DNA of 64,000 nt from Dictyostelium discoideum (Eukaryota), in the NCBI GenBank assembly GCA_000004695.1, contig CM000155.2, positions 224,001 to 288,000 of the forward strand, read 5' to 3'. The notes under the pieces were generated by a model. That model was not told the origin of the DNA. It saw nothing but the letters and a program-made list of their open reading frames with translations, and did not search any database. A program made the position numbers and the translations under genes. Of this stretch, positions 1 to 14,885 are shown piece by piece. Positions within the stretch are counted from its first letter, which is position 1. Each line of letters begins with the position of its first letter.

Positions 1-83
1 TTTTCTTGTCTTTCTCTTTCTAATTGTTGTTGATATTGTTGTTGTTGTTGTCGTTGTTGTTCTTGAAATTGCTCACTAGGCAT
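1..83 (-). CDS. N-terminal part of a Q-rich protein; the gene runs off the left edge of the window (start codon at 83..81)
   Basis: Minus-strand ATG at 83..81, then an open frame reading [27 protein letters not shown] to position 1. Short and low-complexity, so weak. Confidence 0.3.
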   Translation of the reverse strand, partial: [27 protein letters not shown]

Positions 84-491
84 ATTATATAAATATATAT
101 TAATAAATAAAAAATTAAAGATCGGAAATGTAAAAAAAAAAAAAAAAGTTAAACAGTGAAAAAAAAAAAAAAAAAAATGAAAAAAAAAAAAAAAAAAAAA
201 AAAAAAGAATTTAAAATTAAATAATTAATTTCTAAGAAAAAAAAAGATTTTAAGAAAATTAAAAACAATGATTTTATTATCTATTTTTAAAAAATAAATG
301 ATTTATTTATTTTATTTAATTTTTTTTTTTTTTTTTTTCCTCTGTTTGTTTAATATTCTTTTTTTTAAAATACATCTTATTAAATTGTTTGATCTCGATT
401 TGGTTTATTTTTTATTATTATTATTATCATTAGAATTGAAAACTTCTAAATAATATTTTCAACTCTTTTTTTTTTTTTTTTTTTTTTTCCC

Positions 492-1061
492 CTAAGAGAG
501 TACAAAAATTTTTAAAAGGGCTAATAATGTTGCAAATAATAAACCTAGTAAAGATTTTTTAGAATTTTGATTTCTATCTATATCATTTGACATTGAAGAA
601 GATGATGATAAAACTCTAATTGAACCAAGCATTGTTTGATTATGATATTTACAATGATACGTGTAAATACCTTCACGAGTGAAAGTTACTGAATGTTTAC
701 TTTTTGTATAAGAATCTTTTGAAAATGTTGATGAATTTATAATTTGAAAATATTTATTATTACTATTAGTATAATAATTTAAATTTGCATTATTATTTAT
801 CTCTTTACTATTAATTTGGTTCATCAATATCTCTTCTTTATTAACTATATCAATTGATCTAATTGATGTAACTGTATGTTGTAATCCATCTGTAGTTATC
901 CATGTTACTGTGACGTGTGTATATATAGAATTAGTAATTTTATACATATATCAAAAATAATAATAATAATAATAATAATAAATTACCTTGATCACCAACA
1001 GATATTGTTATTTCTGATTCAATTGGGTTATCCCATTTTATAACTATATCACCTACAATAT
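492..1061 (-). CDS. Cupredoxin-like (amicyanin/plastocyanin-type) blue-copper domain protein with a Ser-rich stalk and hydrophobic C-terminus (GPI or TM anchor). Exons 987..~1061 and 492..907; a signal-peptide exon probably lies further 5' near 1170-1240.
   Basis: ORF 492..947 contains GLQHTV...YTYHCKYHNQTM, i.e. the His / Cys-x2-His-x3-Met ligand pattern, and ends in SSSSSMS...LLGLLFATLLALLKIFVLS. The upstream exon ISVGDQ|g (donor caag|gtaatt at 987/986) joins acceptor cacag|taacatgg at 909/908 to give ...ITISVGDQVTWITTDGLQHTV, the typical cupredoxin N-terminal strand. Confidence 0.5.
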
Positions 1062-1088
1062 TTATATGTATAAATAAATTAATAACTA

Positions 1089-1123
<35 letters not shown>

Positions 1124-1719
1124 TAATTAAAATAATATTATTTTCTATACATTGAATTAAATTTATAAATATAAAAAATATAATCAAAAGATATAAAATT
1201 CTGCGTTTAAAAAATTTCCCGCCATTTTGATTTGATGACATAATGTGTGTAGTTTTTTTTTTTTTTTTTTTTTTGGTTTTTATTTTTATTTTTAGATTGA
1301 TTTTTGATTTTCGTTTGAAGTTAAAGTATGAATGTGTAACTTTGATTTAATTTTAATATGAGTTTTTTATTTTTTTATAATTTATGTTATTATAATTTGA
1401 TATATTTTTTATTCAAGTATCGCTAGTTTTTTTTTTTTGGTTTTTTTGGTTTTTTTTTTGGTTTTTTTTAAATGGGTTTTTTTTTTGGGTTTTTTTTTGG
1501 TTTTTTTTTTTGGATTAGTTTAGTTTTTGATAATAAATAGGAATAGGAACAATGAATTTTTTTTTTTTTTTTTTTATAAAATTTAAAAATAAAAATAAAA
1601 ATAAAAAAAAAAATAAAAAAAAAAATAAAAAAAAAAATATTGGTTATTTTTGCTCGTACTCGAAAAAAAAAAAAAAAAAATCCAAAAAAAAAAAAAAAAT
1701 CCAAAAAAAAAAAAAAATC

Positions 1720-1757
<38 letters not shown>

Positions 1758-2376
1758 AAAAATAATTATTTGGAAAGCCAACAATTGTGAATCTATTGGG
1801 GGGGAAAAAATTGATGGCTATTTTTTGTGTGTGATTGTAACTAATCTAATTTAAATCTATTATATTCAATATATATATATTTTTTTTTTTTTTAATTTTT
1901 TTTCTTTTTTTTTTTTTTTTTGAGTTTGATTTAGATTTAGATTTGGGTTTGGTATTAAAAAAAAAAAAATATAAAAAAAAAAAAAAAAAAAAAGTTATAA
2001 AACAAATGGGGTTGAAGTTGGACGAAAAATTTGAAATATGGCACTTCAAAAATCTTAATCTTTTTCAAAAAAAAAAAAAAAAAAAAAAAAAATAAAAAAA
2101 AATAAAAAAATAAAATAAAATAAAAAAAATAAAAAAAATAAAATTAAAAGACTTCACAGAAATTTTATATACAATTTTTATTTATTTTAACCAGGATTTC
2201 TTTTTCTCTGGGATTATTAAACTAAAATTTAAAAAATTTTTTTTTTTTCAATTTTTTTTTTTTCCAAAAAATGATTTTTTTTTTTAAACTTTTTGACCAA
2301 AAAAAAAAAATTAATTTTTAATTTTAATTTTTTAATTTAAATTTTTAAATTTTTTTTTTTTTTTTTTTTACCAAAC

Positions 2377-2426
<50 letters not shown>

Positions 2427-2724
2427 CTTTCTCTTTTCAAACACAAACAAAATCTCATTCAAATATTGCATCTATGTGTTAACTAACTATTTTATATCCA
2501 AATAGAATAAGTGTGATATCAACACATAGTTTATTTGTTTTTGTTTGTTTGTTTTTTTTTTTTTTTTGTCAGTAATAAAAAATAAAATAATAAAAAGAAA
2601 AAAAAACTTCAAACCTTTTTCTTTACTTTTCTTTTCTTTTCTTCTTTTTTTTTTTCATTTATAAACATAAATGAAAAACAAACAAATATAAATTTAAAAA
2701 GAAACATAAAAAAAAAAAAAAGAG

Positions 2725-4889
<2,165 letters not shown>

Positions 4890-4914
4890 ATTAAAAGTAA
4901 TAAAATTAATTAAT

Positions 4915-4957
<43 letters not shown>

Positions 4958-5174
4958 CTAAATATAGGCATAATTGCATTTAAACGAAAAATAATTAAAC
5001 GTTTAATTTTATTTTTTTATTTTTAATTTTATTTTTATTTTTTATTTTTCATTTTTTTTTTTTTTTGTGAAAATTTTTTTTATTTTTTTTTTTCTTTGTA
5101 AATACTTTTTTTTTTTTTTTTTTACTTTTATTTTTTTTAATTTTTTTTTTATTTTTTTAATAAAGAATATAAGA

Positions 5175-5567
5175 ATGTATAATAATAATAGAATTAATCA
5201 ATTTCAACAACAACAACAACAACAACAACAGCAACAACAACAAACACAATATAATACTCAATACTATGGACAATATCAACAACAAGGCCATATGATGGGT
5301 GGACATATGCAACAACATATGCAACATCCAAACCAATTTCAACAACATCATCTTCATCAACAACAAATGAGTATGATGGGTCATATGCCACAACAACAAC
5401 AACAACAACAATATGGTAGAGGATTTCCTCAACAAATGCAACAAATGCAACAACAACAACAAATGCAACAACAGCAACAACAGCAACAACAACAACAATC
5501 TGATAGGTTTGTATATTTATATTTTCATAATCTTAAGATTAACTCTATTATTTCACTCTTTTACTAA

Positions 5568-5604
<37 letters not shown>

Positions 5605-6588
5605 TTAATAAACCACCCAATAGTGATTTATCATTATATATAGGAGATTTAGCTACAGATGTAACAGATCAACAATTAATGAATGCATTTCAAGGTAGAT
5701 ATCCATCAGTTAGAAGTGCAAGGGTAATTATGGATAGTGCAACAGGTATATCAAGAGGATATGGTTTTGTAAAATTTGCAAGTGATGTTGAAAAAGATAA
5801 AGCACTCATTGATATGAATGGTTTCTATATAAATAATAAACCAATTAAAGTAAATAATCCAACTCATAAAAGATTAAATAGTCAAACCTCAACAATACCT
5901 GATTTAACTTCAACCGATCCAAATAATACTGCAATTTATGTTTCACAATTAGATCATTATATTGATGAAGGTGTTTTACAAACGTATTGTATATTTAAAA
6001 AAAAAAATACACAAAAGGGTATACTACTAATATTTAATTTTTTTTATAATTTTTTTTAGTATTTTTGGAGCATATGGTGAAATATCATATATTAAAATGT
6101 TAACAAATAAGTTTAGTGCATTTGTTAATTTTGTAAATAGAGAATCAGCAGAAGCTGCATTTGGTTTAAATAATTTTCCAGTTGGTAATACACGTTTAAA
6201 GGTTCAATGGGGTAAAAATGTTGCTCCACCACCAAAATCACCACCAATGACACCAACTAATATTGCTGTTAACATTAATACACCTCCAATATTTTCAACA
6301 AATATATCTTCAACGTCATCACCCTCTTCACATAGTGTTGTTGTAGTTAGTAGTAGTGGTGGTGGTGGTGGTGGTGGTGGTGGTGGTGGTACAATTAATT
6401 TCAATGAAACTTCAATTAACAATAACAACAACAACAATGATGGTAATATAAATAATAGTAATATAAATAATAATAGTAATATAAATAACAATAATAATGT
6501 TAATAATAATAATAATAATAAACCGAATGGAGTTTCAATTAATAATGATAAAAACAATTCAAGTATTTACGATCCACACTATACATAG
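5175..6588 (+). CDS. RNA-binding protein with two RRM domains (TIA-1/PUB1/NGR1-like) and an N-terminal poly-Q/His-rich region. Exons 5175..5506, 5624..5983 and 6060..6588.
   Basis: RNP-2 LYIGDL and RNP-1 RGYGFVKF in exon 2; a second RRM (IYVSQL...KFSAFVNFV...RLKVQWGK) spans exons 2 and 3. Donors ag|gtttgt (5507) and ac|gtattgt (5984); acceptors caatag| (5623) and tttttttag| (6059); phases are consistent. The true start is the M of MYNNNRINQF at 5175, not the poly-F 'M' at 5067. Confidence 0.75.
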
Positions 6589-7149
6589 TAAGTATTTTAT
6601 TTTATTTTTTTATTATTATTTTCAAATTCAAAAATATAATTTCATACTTACACAAATCTATTTTTATTTTTTTATTTTTGAAAAAAAAAAAAAAAAAGTT
6701 TTTCAAATGAAAAGATGGATATAACAAAGGCATACAATGTAACAGAGGAAAATAAAGCTTACTTATCTTGGAATAAACCTCAATTTACTACAAACTTTTA
6801 TTCACAAAAAACATGGGGTTTACCTCAAAAAGAAAAAGATGGTCCAGATAGTTCAGTTTTTGAAGCTTAGAGAGAAAGAGATATTAAAAAAAAACAAAAA
6901 AAAAAAAAACAAAAAAAAAAAAAAAAAACATATTTTCGCATTTGGCCTTGGATATCCAAGTTTATAATAACATACTAAAAAATCAAATTTACACACAGAT
7001 TTTAGGAATTATAAAATAATATGTATTTACCTTATTTAGGTGATTGATTTATTTGCAATAAAAAAAAAAAAAAAAATGAAATAATAAAATAAATAGTTAT
7101 TTTATATTTTTTTAAAAATAAAACAAATTATAATTAAATTTAAAATTAT

Positions 7150-7640
7150 TATGAATTTAATGTTTTCTAATGGATATCATAATTTTCTATTGTTAAAGTT
7201 ATTATTGGTGGAGGGAGGGGGGGGGGGGTTACTTCTAGATTGGGTGCACCAATTGGTTCCCTATTTGTTGGCAGTGGTGTCACCATCTAATTCTCTAAAA
7301 ACTATTCTTTTTGTATCACCAACTAATTTAAAAGGGATACCCTCCTTGTTTATGAGTATATTGGTTAATTGAACAAGTTTTGATAGCTTTGCACATGCAG
7401 TATCTGCTTTTCTATTCCCAGTATTGATTGATTTCATACCCAATATAGTTTTATTCCAAAGCATCTTGTAAACCAACATCTTTTCTTAATTCTACACCAG
7501 CCATTTTATATTCTCTTGTGAATTTAATTAATACATTTTTTGAATGTTGACCATTGATTATCTTTCTTTTGTTCAACAATAGTTTTTTTAACTATGTTTG
7601 TTGCTGAATTTGTATTTTTTTTACCTTTGGTCATTCTATA
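7150..7640 (-). pseudogene. Frameshifted coding relic (pseudogene or degraded mobile-element ORF) in a gene-poor interval
   Basis: Minus-strand ATG at ~7612 gives MTKGKKNTNSATNIVKKTIVEQKKDNQWSTFKKCIN*. The sequence continues in two other frames (KMAGVELRKDVGLQDALE*, then ...ILGMKSINTGNRKADTACAKLSKLVQLTNILINKEGIPFKLVGDTKRIVFRELDGDTTANK*). Composition is non-repetitive and protein-like, but it needs at least two frameshifts. Adjacent is a (G)13/(C) run at 7209..7228, highly atypical for this genome. Confidence 0.25.
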
Positions 7641-7950
7641 GCTAAAAATGGTGTGAAAAAAATTTTCAATTATTTTTTTTTTTAATTTTTTATATAATTA
7701 TTTTTTTTTTATTTTTATATCACTATTTTTTTAATTTTTTCATTATGTGATATTCTTTTTTTTTCTTTCCAAAACATAAAAAAAAAAACCCAATAAAGTT
7801 AAAATTTTTTTTTATTTTCAAATAAATAAAATGACTTATCATAATCAAAAAAAAAAAAAAAACATATTTACACATTTGGCCTTATTTTCATTTAAAATCA
7901 TGATTGTAATCTCCCCTAAATTATAATAAAAAAATAATAGCAAATTGGTC

Positions 7951-7992
7951 ATTTAATTAATTAATTAATTAATTAATTAATTAATTAATTAA
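7951..7992. repeat. (TTAA)n simple repeat, ~10 units
   Basis: atttaattaattaattaattaattaattaattaattaattaa. Confidence 0.9.
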
Positions 7993-10385
7993 AGAATAAT
8001 TTGGATGACAACATCATTAATTATAAATGATGATAGTTTAAGATATTATTCTTTTATTTTCTTTTCCTTAAAAAAAAAAAATCCTTTTTATTTAAGAAAA
8101 GATTTAATCTCTAATCATTGCATTTTTTTAAATAAATTTTATAAAGAAATAAGTTTATTTAATTTTTTTTTTTTTTTTTTTTTTTTTCTCAATCCAACAA
8201 GATATTTTTTTTTTTTAAAATAAAAAAAAATTCATGTGATTTTCAATAAAAATTAGATATTTTGAAAAAAAGAAAAAAAAAAAAAAAACAATGATTGTTT
8301 TAAAAATAGAAAATTGATTTTTTGTTCAAATTAACGAGATATTTTATATATATATTTTAGTAAATTTTTTTGATGATTATACGATAGTTTTTTTAAATCA
8401 CCTTCCAGATATTATAATAATACATACTAAAATAAAATTTTTTTAAAAAAAAAAAAAAAAAATATTTAAAAAAAAAAATATTTAAAAAAAAAAAAATTAA
8501 TATTAAAAAATGATTACCCAAATTTATAAAGTACTTATAAGTTGGTAGTTTGGGGGATTATATGATGAGATTCAAAAAAAAAAATAAAAAAAATAAAAAA
8601 AATAAAAATAAAAATAGGAATGGAAATTAAACTATTTTAAAATAAAATAATCTATGAATAGATTGAAACTCCCAATGTGGGTGATTCACTTAAAAACGCC
8701 CTGATAAACAAGAAACTTCAATTAAATAATAATAATACAAATTAAAAAAAAAAAAATTAATAAATATAATAAACTTACACATACACACACACACCTAAAT
8801 TATTTTCATTTTTCTGCCTTATTAACAATCAAAAAACATCACACAAATTGTGTTTCACATCTTAATTTGTGCTAAAAATTGATAATAGTGGTAGTAGTGT
8901 GGGCCACAACAATAATAGTAAATATAATAATAAAAAAAAAAATTGTGTAAAATGCCAAAAATAATAGCAATCAGTTTTTTCATTTTTTCAGAAAAAAAAA
9001 AAAAAAAAATGATTGTTGATATCGTTGTTATTTTTATTGTGTTGTTGTTATTTATTGAAAAAAAAAAAAAAAAATTGATTGGATTGTAAAGTGGTATTAA
9101 TATAGAATTTCATATAAAAACATACATATATTGCAATATTGATGAAAATTATTTTTCTAATTTTAGATTTAAAAAGAAAAAAAAAATAAAATCAGTTATT
9201 TTAATTTTTTTAAAAAATATTATTTTTTTCATTTTCTAAAAAATAAAATCACCTTTTGATTTAAATATTTTTTTTTTTTAATTATTTTTTTTAATTTTTT
9301 TTTTTTTTTTTTTTCTTGATTTAATTAATAATGGGGTGAAAAGTGTCTTTAGGGGTCTATTTTCATAAAAAATAATTTTTTGGAAAAAAAAGAGGTGAGT
9401 GGGAACACAAAATTATAAAATTTTAGGTGGGTTAATGATTGAATTAAATGTGCGGTGGTGATTTAAACCTCTAATCGTTGAGATTAAATTTAAAACAAAA
9501 CCTGTGTGGGTGGGTGTGAGATCATAATACAAAATAATAAATATATAAAAATAAATAAAATAACTGGTTTTGAAAGATTTTACGTTTTCTTTTTTTCATC
9601 ATTATTTATATTTAATTTTTTTTTTTTTTTAAAAATAAAAATAAAAAAAAAAAAAAAAAAATAGGAAATAAAATTAAAATAAAAAAAAATATTGTGTTCT
9701 TTATTCTTAATTATTTTTAATTTTAATAAATATAATAAATTAAATATTTAATAATTATTTTTATTATTAATTATATTTTTTTTTGAATTTATTAATTTAT
9801 ACAACTTATATTAAATATATATATGTACAATAAGGTAAGATTAAAAATATTCATCGTTGAAAAAAAAAAAATAATCATTTTTGTAATCTATAGATTCTTT
9901 AATAAATATCACTTAACCCCAAAAAATTTGAATTTCAAGACAATAATTTCAAAATTAATTTATAATAAATATAAAATAAATAAATTAAAAAAAAAATTAA
10001 AAAATTAAAAAATCACTATTTTTACCTGTAATAGTATTATTCTATCATCATATGATCATATAAAACAATAAAATATAAAAATAATAAAAATAATAGTTAA
10101 AAAAAAATAATTTATAATAAAAAAAAAAAAAAAAATAATTATATATATTTATCTCATGCACCACTTTTTTTATTTTAAAATAAATAAAAAAAATAATAGC
10201 ATTTCAATTAATAAACCCTTATAAAGTCAACATTTTTGTGTGAAAGTGTGGGGTGTTTAAAATTAAATGAAAAAAAATCATAAAATTAAAAAATCATTCA
10301 TATAAATAAAAATAAAAAATAAAAAATAATTTTTTAATTAAAACAAATAATTTTCCATTTTATTTTTTTTTTTTTTTGTTTTTAT

Positions 10386-10422
<37 letters not shown>

Positions 10423-11084
10423 CATTCTATTGTATAATTAATTTAATTTATTTATTTATTTTATTTATTTATTTATTTTATTTATTTATTTATTTTATTT
10501 ATTAATTTTATCTATTTAATTTTATTTTATTTTTTTAAATTCCGAACAAAGAGGTTCAAAGAAACGATTTATTTCGGTAGTGTATCAGTTTGATTTTTTT
10601 TTTTTTTTCCTTTTTTAAATTCCTTTCCTTTTTTTTTTTTTAGGATTTTTTTTTTTTTTTTGATTTAATAAAAATAATACCCAAAAACCCAAATTAAATT
10701 AAAAAAAATTAAAAAAAAAAATCTCTTTGCATCGCACTCGCAAAACAATAAAAAAAAACTTTGAAAAAAAAAAAAAAAAAACAATATGGCATTCATGCCC
10801 CCAACCAAAATTTTATCAAAAATATCAAAAAAAAACCAATAAAAAAAAAAAAAAAAAAAATATAATAAAAAAAAGACCATTCACAAAAAAGAAAAATTGT
10901 AAAAATGCCAATCTATTTAGGTCAACACCTAAATTTAGTAAATGAGCAAACAATAATTTTTTTTTTTATTTTTTTTTTTTTTAAAAATAAATAAAAAAAA
11001 AAAAAAAATTGTTTATCTTTCAAACTCTTTTAAATGAAAAAACCCTTTTTGATTTATTTTTTTTCTTTTAACAAATATTTTCAC

Positions 11085-11125
<41 letters not shown>

Positions 11126-11527
11126 AATAAAAAAACTAGACTGTCACTTTTTATAGTAATTCACTTTAATTGTTTTTTTTTTTTCAACAAATTGATGGTT
11201 ATATAAAACTTTTACACCTTTTTTTATTTTTTTTGTTTCCACCAAAGAAATAATATTAACATTTTTTTTTTTATTTTTTTAAAAAATAATATGTAATATT
11301 CCAAAAAAAAAAAAAAAAAAAAATAAATAAATAAATAATAATAACAATAATAATAATATATATAATTCTTAGATTATCATTATAATATTTGCACTCAAAT
11401 ATTCTTTATAAAATATATATTTTTCATAAAGAAGAAAACAATTCAATTTTATTTTATTTTTTTTTTTTTTTTTTCAAACACAAGAATATATACATAAAAA
11501 ATTAAAAAAAATAAAAAAAATAAAAAA

Positions 11528-12143
11528 ATGGAAGCACTTATACTTTTAAGTTCACAACAAAGTGGGTCAATTAAAAATAATTGTGCATCAACAAGTGATA
11601 TTGAAAATGTAGAGGATGACGATAGTATTGTTATAGTTTCAGATTCACCAACGTCGTCACCAGTAACATTATCAACCTCATCACCAGTATCATCATCTTC
11701 ATCATCCTCACCAATTTCAACATCTGTAGTACCACCAACATCATCATCATCCAATAAAAAAGCCAATGGATTATTTTCATTGATTGCAACTGAATTAAGT
11801 CAACTCGATCGTTCATCTCCATCTTCATCTCCAAATACACCAAAAACTCCAAAAACTCCAAAAACTCCAAAAACACCAAAGAAAACATCACCAGATTCAA
11901 ATGAAGCCAACCAAGAGGTACCAAAACAAAAAGAAGTTTTTGAACATACACCAACTACAACTTCCACCTCTACAACTCCAATAAAACCTGTAAAAGATCC
12001 AAAAGAAAAAGAAAAAGATTTAGAAAATGATAGAAAAAGACAATCATTCATGTTACATTGGAGATTTAAACCTTCAACTGCTAATAATACAAATAATAAT
12101 AATAATATTAATAATAATAACAATATAAATAGTAGTAGTAGTA

Positions 12144-12227
<84 letters not shown>

Positions 12228-12271
12228 TTAATAATAGTAGTAATAATAATAGTAATTGTAATAATAACAAC

Positions 12272-12311
<40 letters not shown>

Positions 12312-12588
12312 GTAATAATACACAACCTTTATCACCTACAACAGCATCTCAACAAGCAAATTCACAACAAAACCAACAATCATCACCTACTTCATCACAA
12401 ACTAATGAAACTAATGGTAATCCACCCGAGTTTAATAGAGGAAGAAGAAATTCAACCCCATCATTACAAAACTTTGTTTCTCATTGGAAATTTGATCCAA
12501 AAGCACATCAAAAACAACAAATACTTCAACAACATCAACAACAATTACTTTTACAACAACAAGAACAACAATTACAACAACAATTATT

Positions 12589-12679
<91 letters not shown>

Positions 12680-13131
12680 CTACAACAACAACAACAACAA
12701 CAACTACAACAACAACAACAACAGCAACAACAACAACAGCAACAATATTTTAGACCAATTTCTCCTGAACATATATATGAATCACCAAATGAAAATAATA
12801 ATGGTGGTTCATTCCAAAAACCAAATACTCATTTCCATCCATATAGTAGAGGCCCATTGGGATTGAATCTAAAAGGTGTGTCTGGCTCCCCCTCTCATTC
12901 TCCTAGAGTTTCCCAATCTCCAAGAGTTCCATCACATCCACACTCTGCTGATCAATCACCCTTCCACACACCAAGACAAACTGAGAGAAGATTGTCTCTA
13001 CCAAGTGTTCCATCTTATCAAGCAGCATATCAATCATACCAACAACAACATACTCAACAACAAACTACAATTCAACAACAACAAAACCAACAACATCAAT
13101 ATCAACAACAATATCAACAATTACAACAATT

Positions 13132-13211
<80 letters not shown>

Positions 13212-14039
13212 CGTCATCGCCACCATCACCACCATCGCCACAATCTCAACCACAAAATTCATCATCACCTCGTCAACCATCACAAACTCCACAATTTTAT
13301 ATACCAATATCAAATATACACCGTCATCATCAACAAATTCATTCACCACATTTATCTCCACATCCACCACATTCACCTCATATGCCACAATCTCCCCATA
13401 TGCCTCATTCTCCACATCTTATGCCTCACTCACCACATTCGCCTCATATGCCACATTCGCCTCATATGCCTCATTCACCTCATATGCCACATTCACCTCA
13501 TATGCCACACTCACCCCATATGCCACATTCGCCTCATCATATGCCACACTCACCTCACTATGGATCATCACCAAATTTAAATGGTGGAAAGGGTAGTAAT
13601 AACTTTTTACAATCAATACCGGAAGTTCCTTATGGTAATAATCTAACAAATTTAAATGGTAGTAGCGTAGATTCCTATTCAAATTCCTCTCCAACTCCTC
13701 AATCTCCACCTTTTTCACCTCATCATCAATCAACCATCAAACCTTGTATTATAACACCATCACCACGTTTATTAAAAACTCATAATGAAAACTATATGAG
13801 TTCACCAAGACAACCTTTGTCACCTCATAATCAACATGTATATTTAAGCCATTCACCATCTCCACCCCCATCATCATCACCACATGAACATTGTAATTAT
13901 ATTGATAAAAATGATGAGTATTATAGTAATAATAATAATAATAATAATTATAATAATAATAATAATAATAATAATGAAAATTGTAATCACTACCATAATA
14001 ATTCTTCATCTCATAATTATCAAACAAATAATAATTATT

Positions 14040-14100
<61 letters not shown>

Positions 14101-14287
14101 CAATAACAATATTATTAATAATAATATTATAAAAGAAGATAAGCTTCCATCAATGAGAGACTTACTTAGCCATTTAAATATAAATCATCAAGACGGTCCT
14201 AATAGTGCAAGTAGTACACCAAGATTACCAACGGATCATATTAATAATATAGATGAAAAATCAAAATCTAAATTATTATTCTTTTAA
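11528..14287 (+). CDS. Large low-complexity protein of unknown function (single exon, 919 aa) with Ser/Thr/Pro-rich, poly-N and poly-Q segments, (TPK)4 repeats and about 12 tandem HSPHMP units
   Basis: 2.76-kb uninterrupted ORF in 80% AT DNA. TPKTPKTPKTPK at ~11840; a ~50-Gln tract at 12586..12740; and PHSPHMPHSPHMPHSPH... encoded by an 18-bp tandem repeat at 13320..13560. No recognisable catalytic domain. Confidence 0.5.
13320..13560 (+). repeat. Coding 18-bp tandem repeat (catatgcc(t/a)ca(t/c)tc(a/g)cct)n giving ~12 (HSPHMP) units
   Basis: Direct reading of lines 13321-13560. Confidence 0.85.
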
Positions 14288-14854
14288 TTTAAATTAATAT
14301 ATAAAGCCGCCATTATATTGATAAAATATTTTCTTAATTTTTTTTTAATAAATTATCTTTTTTTTTTTTTTTTTAATTTTTTTCACCAAATATAATTTTC
14401 TTGGATTACCTTTTTTTTTTTTTTTTTTTTTTTTTTTGTCTTAATCATTAATGGAAAATTGCAAAAAAAACTTTATTTAATTTTTAAAATTTATATATAA
14501 TTTAATAGAATATATAGCCTTATTTAAAAAAATATTTTTATTTTTTTTTTTTAAAAATTTTTCCTATCCATAGAATATAGAAAAGGCAATCTTGGGGGTG
14601 AAAGGGATTGTGTATTGTAATTGTAATGGTTGTTGGAACTAATTGATTTTCATTTCTCTAATGGAAAATTTATAGAAAAGAATTTAATAAAACCCGGGTT
14701 TTTTTTGAGAAATGATTGTGATTTAAATTCTTTATTTTTGTAATTATCAACTAAATTAAGAGAAAAGAAGGGAATTAAGAGATTAAAAAAAAAAAAAATA
14801 AAAAAAAAAGAAAAATATTTCAAACCTTCCATATCTCTATTGATTCTTTTATTT

Positions 14855-14885
<31 letters not shown>

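Noticed and set aside
1468-2049. ORFs 1468..1722(-), 1552..1854(+) and 1846..2049(-), encoding poly-K/poly-F peptides
   Set aside because: They are translations of (A)n/(T)n homopolymer tracts in an intergenic/promoter region. No complexity, overlapping on both strands.
6497-6724. ORF MLIIIIIINRMEF...
   Set aside because: Alternate frame over the (AAT)n-encoded Asn tail of the RRM gene plus AT-rich intron; poly-Ile product.
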